Shown in pieces: positions 49,752-63,300 of a stretch of 64,000 bases of DNA (positions are counted from its first letter, which is position 1; each line of letters begins with the position of its first letter). The notes below the pieces were generated by a model. It worked only from the letters and a program-made list of their open reading frames with translations, made no database searches and was not told the DNA's origin. Origin of the DNA: Paraphysomonas bandaiensis. Taxonomy: Eukaryota > Protista > Chrysophyceae. The stretch is from contig CBFFRP010000015.1 in NCBI GenBank assembly GCA_965644295.1, positions 1 through 64,000 of the forward strand, read 5' to 3'. The translations under genes and the position numbers were made by a program.

Positions 49752-51379
49752 ATGCGTGATATTGTCCATAGCTACGAGATAGAAGGCATATGTGTTAAGA
49801 TACATGCTAATATGAGTGATCTATATACATCCATTCAATCCACCCTATCTGATGTGAGTCTCTTCTCACCATGGGTAATTATTCTTGTAATTCTATGTAT
49901 ATACATGACTATAAAAACATGTATTGAGTTCTTCAATAAGCGTGTTATAAGTAACGGAGGGTTTGCATTCGGTCTCATGAAATTTGCTGGATTGGAGAAA
50001 TTTGGTGAATACTTAAGCATATGGCGCAATATAAGCGGTGGTATTACTCTTGAAAGAGGTGTTATGCGGTTTGAGTATTGTGTGCCTGAGCACCTCTGTC
50101 ATTGTCACCCAGACAGTGGGGCATATCTCGACCTCGCATCTGTTCTGGCTTTGGCGGATGAGATCACCACTGTACTTGTAGTATGCAAAGATAAAACCTT
50201 CCGACCAGGTAATCCACTGGATACAGTAACAGTCACATATATATAGATGTCATTGACCTTTGTTTTGAAGGAGTTAGCGTGAGTCTCTCGGGAGAGTTGT
50301 ACTGTGATGATATAAAGGCGGGCCAGCATATTATCATTGAAGCTTTTGCTACAAAGATTGGTGGAACATTGGGATTTACAGAGGTCGCAGTATATGCTTT
50401 TTACTTTTCTAATATTTACATGATATTTTTCAGATATACTTCACTTCTATCAAGGACCAGCTTACTTTAGCAAGAGCAACTCACGTGAAGTACTTAAAAA
50501 TGGGTTTCATGTACGTTTCTAGCGTATACTAATGCCGAAGGATATATGTATTTTGCTATAGTGAATGGTATATATATCTGATTGCCCCTAAATTATCGTT
50601 ATTCCATTATCAATACTTTGCTGACGTTATGACTTGTCATTCAGTTGGGACTTAGTAAGTCCATTAATTCCGCTTGCAATCGGACTGTTAGATTATTATA
50701 TGAAATCTTTTGTTGAAACCAAATCTATCTCCTCGGCTGATAAACCAAGTATGCAAAGCTTATTGAATGTGACACCCGTGGATTTAATGGGATCGAGCCA
50801 TCATGTGAGGAGCGATAAGGATTCTCCCGTGACTGGAATCGGGCGAAAATCTAGAGCAATAAAGTCATTCTCCATGATATCTCATCCTCAATTGCTCAAT
50901 CATGGAAGTTTTGTGCATGGTACGTGAATTTAAGAGTGTACACCCGCACTTGTATGCAACTTCGGTTTTGTCCCCCAGGCTACATTACATATAGCCGAAA
51001 TTTTATATTAGTGTTGAAAGTTATCACATGTGGACGCGTCCATTGTGATATTTTGTTTATAGGGGGTGCGTTGGCGATGTCCATTCATGAGTCCGTAATT
51101 CAGTACTGCGTGACAAATAACATCCCTTCTCGACGATTGCGTTATATGGATGTGTCGTACATCTCACCCTGCAAGGGAAAGGTGTCTATTTCTGTCACAC
51201 CAATCCCACATATACACAAAAAACTGACACAAGAACTTACCTCCACGTATACGGCAAAGAGTGATGTTGTTGACTCTTTCCGTGTAGTGATCAAGGCCAG
51301 TAGCGATGGTAAACATAGAAAGTCAAAGAATTCAGAGTATAAAGTGTTTGTTCAGGCTTTAGTAATACTTTATGCGTAA
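49752..51379 (+). CDS. Double-hotdog acyl-CoA thioesterase (PaaI/ACOT13-like) with an N-terminal TM segment
   Basis: LALADEITT..RPGVSVSLSGE..KIGGTLGFTE; second module LLNHGSFVHGGALAM..MDVSYISP. Start may be 49812. Confidence 0.8.
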
Positions 51380-51771
51380 ATTACACGATGCCCAGTTTAG
51401 TCCCAAAATTGAATTGATTGTTAAATGATATAGTGCTACTGAATATCAATGAGTACATGTAATAAGGGGGTCTTGCCTCACAAAATTCACCAGTATTGCC
51501 TAAAGGGAAAATAGTATTTTTATGAATGTTTTCTAGGTGACATATGCATATTTTCAATGATTTTTTAGAGTTTTTGGGTATATGAGTACGTTGGTATGCA
51601 TATTAGTGCTCAGGAAACTATTTTCTAACTCTATAGAGAATTGAGAAGGTAATAAACAAAGTTGCCACAAAGTACCTGCCTGTAGAGTTGCATGAGTTTC
51701 TTCGGAGTATAGAGGAGATACTATATTATCTTGAAAACACTCAGTTCTATATATAGCAGTACATGTCATTA

Positions 51772-52599
51772 ATGCTTTTTTTTGACCTGATTTGGGCTCA
51801 ACAGGGCGCTCATATCACCACCGGGCAAATATAGACATTCAATTTCAATATTCGGTTCAACAGAAGCTCACTTCTATCTTCATTATGATAATGACAGCCG
51901 AATGTACGTGATTTCATTATAGTACACAATTATAGAGAAACCACAATCATGAGCCAAATATCAAGAGCAGATCATCTAACTCCAAGTTATATTCCATCCT
52001 TCGACTGCTGTAGAAGATCATAATGAGGTCAGTGCAAGTGATCTGTCTTCATATCCAGGACTTCGAAACAACTTCAAGAACATTACAGGAGAGTTTAAGT
52101 ACCATATTTGATGCTATATAGGTTAGGAGCAGTGGCACCCAGTTCTTTCAGGGTTTGAGCCATATCGTGCTTCTCAGGATATTGTGTGTTTCGTATCATA
52201 CACACATCTTTCGATCAGGTGCACTTGCAGAGGTAAAGCCTGCTGTGTGATGATGATGCTAATTAAGGCAATAAGAAGCCTCTCTTTCATCTTCAACTGT
52301 TTACATTTATCATCACACTTACAGTATACATATCATTCATTTGAAACTATATGAGTTCTCATTTGTGTTATTAATGTTAATCAAGGAACATCTATTTCTT
52401 AATAAGGCAAGCATGCTACAAATAGCTATACAATCTATTATTAACTTTTCAACGTCATGAGGATAAGCTACAATTTAACCTAGGGATAAGGAGTATCGTC
52501 CCTTGTCTAAATTTTAAAACTCGGGCTTTTCGCCCTCGTTTCAAAATTTTGAGCGCGGGACGATATAGCCTCCTTATTGCCCGTGGTTAAATATAACTA
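51772..52599 (+). mobile_element. ~830-bp interspersed element with a ~130-bp terminal imperfect palindrome (Crypton-like non-autonomous element)
   Basis: Palindrome 52473-52592: TTAACC.AGGGATAAGGAG.TATCGTCCC ... CTCGGGCTTTTCGCCCTCG ... GGGACGATA..CTCCTTATTGCCC.TGGTTAA. Second copy at 42861-43225. The Crypton assignment rests on structural resemblance only. Confidence 0.55.
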
Positions 52600-53042
52600 A
52601 ATGGGATGCCATTAATGATAGTGCAGTTCCCGTCAATTATAATGGCCATTACCATTAATCTATAATGGTTACCAGGCCCTGATCTATAATAGCGATGCAG
52701 CTCTCAATTTGAGCAAGTTTTCTTAGACTATGATGCTAACCTGGCTGATAACTGTCTCGAGCATATATACCTCCTTTTCAATTATTAGTTGAGTACTACA
52801 TGCCATGTGCATGCCCACGATAGCAAAAGCTATTAATATTGTATACTGTATATTTAGGTGACACAGCTAACAAAACAAATTCTTTAATTCACAAGCATAA
52901 TAAAAACGTAGTAGAGTTGTTTTCGCAATAAAAAAATGACGTATATGTAACAGTGAAAGGGAAACCAAAGGAGATAATTCAAATCCAGTCGCAGTTCAGC
53001 TCATTATTGAGGTGATTCACTGTACTGACAGCTGTTGGTGGC

Positions 53043-53783
53043 CTAAGAGTAAATACCGTAATCTCCATGCACTTCGATTCTAGCAGTGGTGCATTTGCCA
53101 CTTCCAGATTGTTTAAGCTGCCGATTAGCATCAACCAAATCTTCGACAAGATCGGCTAGTCCTCGTTTCGTTGATATATTTGGGAGATTCTTTACCTCGT
53201 TCCCACCCACAGCCCCACTATGAGATGACCTGCGGTGACTCTTCGCCTTCTTGAGCTGGGCAGGCGCAGGGGAAGTTTTCTGTCTGTGGATCACGGGAAG
53301 GAAATTGTCTTTTTCCGACATAGTTGTGTTTGAGAGCCTTTGTTCGGCGAGGACACCAAGGTTAACTCTCCACAGTTTATACTTACTTCTCTGAGGAGGA
53401 GTAAGATCAATGTAGCCTTGCTCCAGCATAGTTTCAGTATCACTCGCACACAGCCCAACGTACTGAACCAAATGTCTAGCCTCGTGAAAATTCAGCGCAA
53501 CCCCCAATCGATGACCAATCCACGCACAAACGTAGGCCAAATCATAAACTCGTTTCAGAGACATCTGATGTAGCATTTGGGAGCACTGGACCATCAAATT
53601 GTTATTCGACTGAAGGGCAGGACGAAGCTTTACTAGGACATTGTATGTCGCGGCAAAGTCCTGTTTCTTAGAGTTGCTTAATTTACTTATAATATTAGAA
53701 CGCAAAGATTCGAAGTTCGACATCTCATTGACTGGGTTGTGACACTGTCGACTACAATGCAATACTCCTTTACAATAGGTCAT
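53043..53783 (-). CDS. Hypothetical protein
   Basis: 246-aa ORF with coding-like composition; no family recognised; both ends uncertain. Confidence 0.55.
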   Translation of the reverse strand: MTYCKGVLHCSRQCHNPVNEMSNFESLRSNIISKLSNSKKQDFAATYNVLVKLRPALQSNNNLMVQCSQMLHQMSLKRVYDLAYVCAWIGHRLGVALNFHEARHLVQYVGLCASDTETMLEQGYIDLTPPQRSKYKLWRVNLGVLAEQRLSNTTMSEKDNFLPVIHRQKTSPAPAQLKKAKSHRRSSHSGAVGGNEVKNLPNISTKRGLADLVEDLVDANRQLKQSGSGKCTTARIEVHGDYGIYS

Positions 53784-54500
53784 CTTGATCTCAATCGATT
53801 AACAGTAGAGTATTAGTGCATATATGACAGACGCATAACTCCACTACGAATCGTATGCTATATAGCTATATATATTCCTACTTCCCTCTTATTCTGAGCA
53901 ATCCCAAATCCCTAAAGGCTGTACCGGGTGTATTCTTGCAATACTGATCTCGAGATAAGACTGTAGTAGGAGATGGAAGCATATTCTCACAGTATATCAC
54001 GCCATTCAATATCAGCCATCAAATTTTTGTAACGTCAATTAGCAATCGAAAATTTTAATATCACATTCTTCTATCCAATTATATAAGGTGTATTATAAAT
54101 AAAAGAATGTCATTGGATAACGTTTTACTATTATTTTCTGGAATGTTATTAGAAACTACAGCAGTATACAGTGCGTATAGTACACTGCAGAAGAGGGTGT
54201 TGTTGACTGTATACAGCGTATACCAGGTCCAGTGAAGAATATTATATATGGTTCCATATGTATGTCTACATACAGTGTACTGCTGTACGATATATTCGAG
54301 GTGTATGAGTACAGTTAACTCCTATATGACTTATGGGCATATATAGTCACATAGAGCAGTCAACAGGCCATAGGTGACAGAGTGCTCATCCTACACACAT
54401 TAAGTGACAGAGTTGACCTTCATTAAAGGGCTCAACTTGTCAGGAGGGGTTCTCTGTCTTCGATCACTGCTGCTGGCCTTAGATCACTACTGCTTTGCGA

Positions 54501-56273
54501 ATGCCAAAATCTAAACGAGCAAAGAAATCTATACATCGGGTGGAATATCCAGGTATAGCTGTGTATATATCTCTTAATCTCTGGTAATAGTGTGTCCTAT
54601 CCTATCACTATAGATGGTGTGTATAAGGGGGATATGATCGGGAATGAAAAGCATGGATATGGAGTCATGTCTTATAGCAATGGTGTCTATTATTCGGGTG
54701 ATTGGGTTCGTAATCGGGCAACTGGTTTTGGGAAAAAAGTACACATATATCCTCACGTATGTATTTTGCTTGTAGACTAATGACTCTGCACAGATGTTTC
54801 CAAGTGGTGATTGTCATGAGGGATATTACTTGGACGATCAAAGAGATGGTTGGGGTTTCTATCTGTTTTCATGTGGTGATAACTATAGAGGAGAATGGAA
54901 GCACGGCTACATGCATGGTACAGGAGTTTTTACCTGGGCTGACGGTATGGTGCTCTCGTATGATGCCTTATATTTGAACCTATATCCCTTCCAGGTGATG
55001 TCTATACTGGTGAGTGGAGGGACGGAAAAATGACTGGTGAAGGAACAAAAACCTGTGCGGATGGTACATCTTTAAAAGGTATTCCGCCTGGATTTCAACC
55101 TAGTGCATTGGTTAACCCTTGTGATGACAGGGTACTTCAAGGAGGGTGTACTCCATGGCTGGGGAACCAAGGTAGGCCCGATGACGATATCAATGCAGAT
55201 TACTGTTTTATGTGTTCATAAGCATGTGTAGCAGCTATTCGATTCTCATGTACTGTTGAATCATGTTATCACGGCATCCTTCTACCTTTCGTATATTTAT
55301 ATGTATGCAATTCGTATATTTGACTCCTTTCGTAGTCACTATCGTGTGGGGATGTATACAATGGAGAGTTCTCAGAGGGAAGGTATATAAGAATGCGTTT
55401 GATCTTGCCGATGGGTAACACAACTTCTTCAGGAGACATGGTTGGGGTGAATACACCTGGGCCAATGGTGATACGTATCGCGGAGAGTGGAATGCGGATA
55501 GAATTAGTGGTCGAGGAGAAATGGAGATTCACCCACAGAGGAGGTGTGTACTCCTTTCCTTCATTTAGTCGTCGAGATCTCTGTTAATCGTGCACAGGTC
55601 GTCATGTCAAAAGGGGGATGTCGTGAGCTACAGGTACTTCTCAATTGCTTTTCCTGAAGCATTCTCAAGCAACTGTTGCAGGGGTGAATTTATATTTGAG
55701 AGGCGACAAGGTTTCGGAGTGGCCGAATTTGCTAGTGGTCAGAAATACACGGGTGGGTCTATCAAATTTTCATTTGCTTTGTTTTTTTAATACACCTCGG
55801 TAGGCCATTGGGAAAACGATCAGCCAAGCGGTTGGGGAACGCTTGTCTTTCCTGGCGGAGATGTCTATGAAGGAATGTTTGTGGATGGGAAGAAGAGTGG
55901 GGAGGTGGTTGCTGTGCAGTATATTGTGGAGTGTTAATATGTGACCAGGGAATCATGGTTTTCGTTCATGCCGATGAGGAAAATTCGCCTAGTGAAATTG
56001 AAGAGATACACAGTGGACAGTGGAGGGATAATTTACCAAATGGATGGGGCGTTAGGGAATACTCAAATGGAGAGGTAAAACTTTCATACTTTCGATGCAG
56101 CGTAACTGGGTGAGATATAGGTATACAGAGGAGGCTTCAGAGATGGGATGAGAGAAGGGGGAGGAGAACTTAGAACGAGATCTGATGCCTCGGGCAACTG
56201 GATACTGGAGAGTGACTCGGATGTTTTATTTCGAGGGATTTGGTCTCAAGACGAGTTTGTGACACCTTCATAA
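54501..56273 (+). CDS. MORN-repeat protein (many exons)
   Basis: Repeated Y.G.W....HG.G units (YKGDMIGNEKHGYG, YRGEWKHGYMHGTG, HSGQWRDNLPNGWG). Confidence 0.88.
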
Positions 56274-57968
56274 CTCCTTCTGTCAGCTTTGTATATTTGC
56301 TGCCTATATTATAATATGTTACTATCTATATGCACGCCATTTTTATTTTCTAGCAGTTAGCTCACTGTTGTAGTTGTATCTTTTAGAGCACTGTCCATCT
56401 AAAGTAAATGAAAATTACGTAATATAATCTTACTTTGTTTACTGTTCGTAACAGTGAATGGTATCATGTGTGTAAAAGATCTGGTTTAAGTTAGGAAATT
56501 AAGTTATTTCGTATTATCAAGATGCATATCACGTAAGCTTATTGTTTCACAATGACAAAGTTTTAGTGCAAGCGAAGTATATAGTAGGCCATGGAATGCC
56601 ATGGGTATATACTATATACGACTAGAGGCTAGATGATCTGTTGGAGTTACGTAATGTGGTGAAGACTAACATCTAACATTACCGGGTTTCCAGAGGTACA
56701 CCATTTAGTCAAGGTACACGAAGACCCATTAGTCTTGTAAAGCTACAACACAAGCAATACGGCTACGTCATAAAAGTCAAGTTAATAGAAGCGTTCAAAC
56801 ATCGTCTGTTCACCGGGAGCACCTCAGAAAACAATGCATCACGAAGGTAAAGGGTGTATGTAAGTCATGTGCATTATTCCTGGTCAAATCAGAGAAAACA
56901 CTTCAAGCAGAAAGCTTTATTCAAAGGTTACAGTAGATATTGCTGTGTGTCTAACAGGCTAACAGGGATATAAATACGTCGTGGTTCTTATTTCTTAGAG
57001 ATATCGCCACAAAGGAACTGTGGGAAAATTAAAGTATACTTACACATTTACATTTCAATACAAAATCTATAACAACTACTATTGTCCAATATACACTTAA
57101 CCCTCTCAATTCAGCTGAATGGGTGTGTAATATGAGCCACAGTTGTGTGTCTGCTAGGTATCTAAACTACGTACGGTCTATGTATCAAGAACAGGAACTC
57201 AGCACATCATTGAGCAAGACATGGCGCACTTTAATCTTAATTCTCTCATTCTTTTCCTTGATCCTGATTGACTATCGGCATGTTTGAGTATCCCTGAATT
57301 ATTAAACAGTAATAGCATGGTCGGAGTCGATCATATCAGACTAACGGACCCACTCTATAGTGTCCATCATCATACTCATGACAATACCAAGTCTTGTAGT
57401 GGTAAATCCCTCATGGACAGTACCAGCATAACGTAACAGTTATCCCCTATATGGGATGATCGGAGAGGCCTCTGCTATGTATCCTCATGTTAACTACCAT
57501 GTTCCCTTGATTTACTGGTATAGATTCGAATATTTTAATGAGTAAGTTGATTAGTTCTTAAGATATCTTTGCATACCAGAGTTTCCTATAGCTACACTGC
57601 TGTATATAGTCAGGTTACAGAGAAAATCAATACCATCACCAAGAAAATAAGGATTTCAAGATTTCCAGATCTACATTCCCTAGAATCTAGAAATAAATAA
57701 AAATCCCAATAACTTTACAATAACTCTACTTTTTTAGTTCCTAAAACACCGATTTTCAGATTATTTGTCTGTAGAAATTGTGATTATTTTTACCCTTCCA
57801 AATTGCAACCATAACGTAGTGAGTGATTGGTTAGTGTTTCTTACGTATATTTCATACATAAGGAAATGCATTACACTCCATATAAAGTCCGGCCTGTCAA
57901 GCAGATTTACTTAACATCCTCTCATTGCAAATATATTAAGTCTGATATATAACAACACGATTAAAGAT

Positions 57969-58977
57969 ATGTTCCGACTTACTACCACTGTAGTTAAGAG
58001 GCAGCCATATGGAACCGTTACGAGATGTGCCTCTAATATGAAGTAAAGCATATCCACTTGTACATACATACATATCTTACATTACATACACTCACAGGTC
58101 ATTTGAAATTTATCGCTGGAATCCAGATGAGCAAAAGAAACCTTCCACATCTACCTATCAAGTGAACTTGGATGAGTAAGTTATCATTGGGTTTGTATGT
58201 GCTGATGATGATGTCTGGTTGATAGGTGTGGTCCTATGGTACTTGATGCGCTCATTAAGATCAAGGGAGAACAAGATCCTACTTTGACATTTCGACGCTC
58301 ATGTCGTGAAGGTATTATATTCTGTGATAATTTAATTGGTAAGTGACTTGTATCAGGCATTTGCGGGTCGTGTGCCATGAATATTGACGGGAAGAACACT
58401 CTGGCTTGCTTGTGTTACATCGATAAGAAGTCATCTTCTGCCGTCAAAATCAACCCATTACCACATATGTATGTCATTAAGGATCTTGTACCGGATATGA
58501 CCAATTTCTACGACCAATACAAGTCCATCAAGCCGTGGCTCCAAACTAAGGTCGAGGGAAGCCATGATCTCGACCATGGTGAGTTTCTTCAGAGCAAAGT
58601 TGACCGCAAGAAACTTGATGGGATGTACGAGTGCATCCTTTGTGCGTGCTGCTCTACCTCCTGTCCCTCCTATTGGTGCGCCTCTTACTACTTACTGCCC
58701 AATCTATACTCATACCCCTTGTAGGTGGAACGCAGACACATACCTTGGCCCAGCAGTGCTGATGCAGGCCCTTCGATGGGTAGACGACTCGAGAGATGAG
58801 ATGACAGCAGAACGACTTGCGGAGTTGGACGATGCGTTCAAGCTCTACCGCTGTCATACCATTATGAACTGCTCCAAAACCTGCCCGAAGGGACTCAACC
58901 CAGGCAAAGCGGTTGCTCAACTGAAAAAGAAGGTAATATCTGCCTACCATGCAGTTGGTCACTTCATTTTTAAATAA
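57969..58977 (+). CDS. SDHB: Succinate dehydrogenase iron-sulfur subunit
   Basis: [73 protein letters not shown]; five exons. Confidence 0.98.
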
Positions 58978-60301
58978 TATGTACAGATTGCAGACAGCCA
59001 TTAGAGTTCAGTCATGGGTATATTCTGGGATAGATATGTACTCTTCGACTATTTGATGAAATGTTATGAAAATAATATGCGTTGTTAGAACTCGTATAAG
59101 TTCGGTAATAACGGTGATTTCCCGAAATTAAAATGACAATACACATTGATACGAACGTAGAATATTGATAACTTGTTATATGGTCGTGTATTTATGAGTT
59201 ATCATGTGTATTTGTTCGTTATATACAGGGTAGTCTTTCGCTGACAGCAAGTTTACTTTGTAGCCACACAGCAAGTATAGAGGGCAGACTAACATATATA
59301 CCCGAAGCACGCAGTTAAGCAATTCAAGCTGACTTGAACGGCTACTCTCGAGTATGTACTTTTTTAGAACCATACACTGTACTTCTGAGAGTGCAATACC
59401 AAAATAACTAATTGAAAATGTTCTGGGAGCACCAACGCACTCCGTGAAACACAGTTTTTTGCTTGAACATATCAATCGTAGCCACTAAATGCTGTGTATC
59501 AGGTATCAGACAGCACTGATCATCAAAATATATGTAAATATATTATCGGTCGCTTTTTCCGAAACTGATATTTGCTATTTGGATGGTATAAATTTAACAT
59601 TAAACAACAGAACTTTAAACTAACCTAATACGCAACTAATTAAAATTCATATTTTATCATTCATTGTCGCTGTCTATGCTCATACCATTACTTACCACCA
59701 AGCAATAGAATATTGAATATTCCATAGCCATGATCTTAATAAGTTATATAGTCATTATATTTCAGTTTCAATACCACAATGCTCTATTGTTGATTGGACA
59801 AGGTAACTCCTCATAGATCAGAAAGATCTTGTCAGCTGAAGTAGACTAGAGTCGATTAGCACTATACATAATACATAGTTGGTGAGTACTGAGATTAATC
59901 AGGTTTATGTACAGTTAAGTGTTGATGTGGTCCCACATCGGTGTAAACAGGACGTATTAAAGTCGCAGTTGTACTGAATGACTATTCATAACTAGTAAGT
60001 TATCTATAGATATATCGAAACTGGGAGTTTATGATCTCTAAACTGTTATCTATTGTATTTAAATTTTAGCTATTTTGTTGTTCATACGTTCTATACCGTC
60101 TTGTCTGCCTTGTATGAATGGTAACTTTCACAACACGTGTTATGTATTTTCGCTTCTTTTATATAAACACAGCCAATAAAACTACATACCAGTTGGAAGC
60201 TATAATTTCGAAAATACACCAATTCAGTACCCTAATTTCGTATAAACATAATTTGCGTTAAAACATTTAAAATGAAAAGTAAACTCACACATGTAAAATA
60301 T

Positions 60302-63300
60302 CTAAGGCTCTCTATGCGAAGTAATTGTATCTAATATATAGGCAAGATCATCTCGCTTAGAGATGTTTCGAAATCGTTCGTAAAACAAGGGACAGTCCAG
60401 CGATATGCAACAATCCTGTCCAATAAATGAGCCATTGGCTGACACTGCAGGCGATGGCGGTGATTCACTGTGCTGAGTGTGACCAGTACAAGAACTACAT
60501 GCAGATTGCCACACAGATTCTCTACGGTCTATCAATTGCAGGCGCGATAACAACACGTTGATCGGAAGAGACGGTGTCCCCGAGCAGGTATCACAGAGAG
60601 GTATCAATGAAGAGCCACTTTTTACCTTTTTCACTTTCTTATTCATTTTCGAGTGTGGACAAACACGACACTCAGTCCCGCAGATAATACACGACTCGCT
60701 TACTATGAAGTCGGTGATTGAAGGCTGTGTTCTCTTGCTGTTTCCGCTTTCAGAAATAACTTGTTGAAAAAGAGATTGATGTCTCCACACCGCACTAGGC
60801 TTCGGCATGACACGGTACCAGGCCATCACATCGACACCGCAAAAGTTCAAAACTCTATCTAGTGCGGGATTAATCTGCTTTGTAATGTAATAAAGATAGT
60901 TCAGTCTATACGTTGAGCCCCGATGTAAGAGTTCCTCAGGCGAGATGACAAGGTCTCGCAGCAGTGCATTAGGGGGACCAGCAATGACTACATAAGGTAC
61001 TCTCCATCGGTAAGGCGGCTGCGCACGTGGATCACGAGTCATCTTCTTGCACGCAACTACGGCCCCAGGGGGCAGTGACTTGAATTCCTCCGAACCACTT
61101 TTAGAATACTTTCCCAGACGAACCTCTTTGCGAAAAATAAAGTCACTGAGAGGAAGTAATTTACTTCCCTCGTGTATTTTTCTCCATTGATCGCACAGGT
61201 AATCCCTTACGGCTGTCAGATCTTTTGTGTCAAATAGAATTCGGAGGGCTTTTTCTTGTATTTTCACAGTTGCCGGGCACTGGTCTCTGCGGACAACCTC
61301 GATGCCCTTGGCATCGAAATGAGGGCACGCAGTAGAGATACTTTCATATGCCAATCCAGCATATCTCTTCTTGCTGGCCAGGACGCATGATGAGTAAACC
61401 TTTTCCATTTTAAGAACGACTCCTTTTGGAGATAAGCGTGATATTTCTTGAGCAATATCATCGCCTATTGAAAAAGCTTCATCACGTGATCTGCCTCTGA
61501 GTCGGACAAAAACGGAGTCTGTATCTCCATACATCACCTCCGCATCCCACTTCGGATGTCTGTTAATATGTGATATCGTCCACTCCAAGGTGCTCCTGCC
61601 ACACTGTACAATGGCATCTGCTAATTCCGCCATTGGCATTCGACCTGAAAACACACATCACACAGAATAAAAGAGCATCACTTAAGAATGTACCGCTAAA
61701 TCCAGCTGCAGTATAGCCATATGTAACATTTGCAATCATTTTTAATGCCAACTGGCGGGCATCCAGTACACGCCGTAAAACACTATCATCTTCACTAGTA
61801 TATACCTTCATTGATCGCTTCACCATAAGCCGAGTATCAAGGATTTCCTGTAACATTAACGGTAAAATTCCCCGTCTGACTTCTGGAGAACAAAAAACGG
61901 ACCCATTCGGTGCAACGTATGGTAGCTGTTTTCCCTCCCCCTTCTGAAAAACAGAAAAGACATTTCTGGCTGAATATTCCTCAGGATAATTGCACACCCC
62001 AAGGTGTTCAGTTGTATCAATGTACTGCTCAGATCCGGCTTTCAGCTTTCCAAGGATGGTGGAGAAACATAGATTATAAGCAATAACCATAGAAGGGTAG
62101 AGAGATTGGAAGTCAAGCACTACTACAGGATCTGTGTAGAAGTCACTCCTAGGTTCCATAACAAGTGGAATAACTGCCATTGCTGCTTGTGATGCAACAG
62201 CTTTTTTCGAAGGGCTTATGGCAATATACCCCAGCTCATGAGCAACTCGCAACATAACTGCTTCCACCCTATACTGCGAACCTCTTGTGATCGCGGAAAA
62301 AAAATCAATTCCATATAGCCGAGCCGACTCAGAAGTTCGCCTCACAATATCTAGCTTGTCCATAAGCTGGAGACAGATATCCACATGTCTGACGCATATA
62401 TGACCACAGAAATGCAACTTAGATAATCATACCGGTATATATACCGCACTACACGACCCACAGAAGAAGCGCTTCTGAACCACCGTGCAAGTTGCTGCCC
62501 CGAATATTCAGGAAATGTGGCTCCAAGAACATGTCGACTAACACTGCTAATGGTGTAGCTGGTCTGCTTCAACTCCGCCCGCATACGCCTCCAAAGGTTA
62601 ATAATAGTACGTCCCGTTATCCAAATACCCGACTCGTGTTCCTCGCCGTATTTATCATTCTCATTTTTTGCGGATGGCTTCTCGTTCGGAATCCTGCCGA
62701 GTTGCTGCATAAAGGTGAACAAGTGTTTGAATAGCCAGAAAAGTACCTGAAGTAGAGGGATACCGAGGGTAGCTGCTCGCTCAATAAGGTATCCCCAGGA
62801 TGCCTTTTGTACTTCGTAGCCCACAAGAAAGTCAGGGTCTTCATTCCGGACAAGTTGCACGAACTTTTCAAATAGTTCAACTTCATCTGTCACCGGGATC
62901 ATAAAAGCATGACTTGGCAACCCACTGCCTTGCATTGAAGTGTTGTTGCACGCCAGGTTTCCCGCATGTGACGAGTGCTGCATATCCACAGGCGAATTAA
63001 TATACAATATGCCGCACTTCTTCATTTCTTCGGAAGTTGCAGACATTGTAACAGTGCCAACTAAGCTCCAGGCAACGAGACAAACCTTATCATATTTCGG
63101 ATTACTGATGTTTCGGTCTCTACTCATTGCATACACTTCCATCGCCATTGTGATCACTCCACCTTGAAAAGTAGGGCTGAGTTCACTTCCAGCTGAGTTA
63201 TTATCTGATATCGTAGGTACTGTTTCTGATTTGGATGCCATTGAAGTAGCTGCAACATTCATACCCAACCGATGTAAAGGCACCTTTTGCGTCTGGGTTG

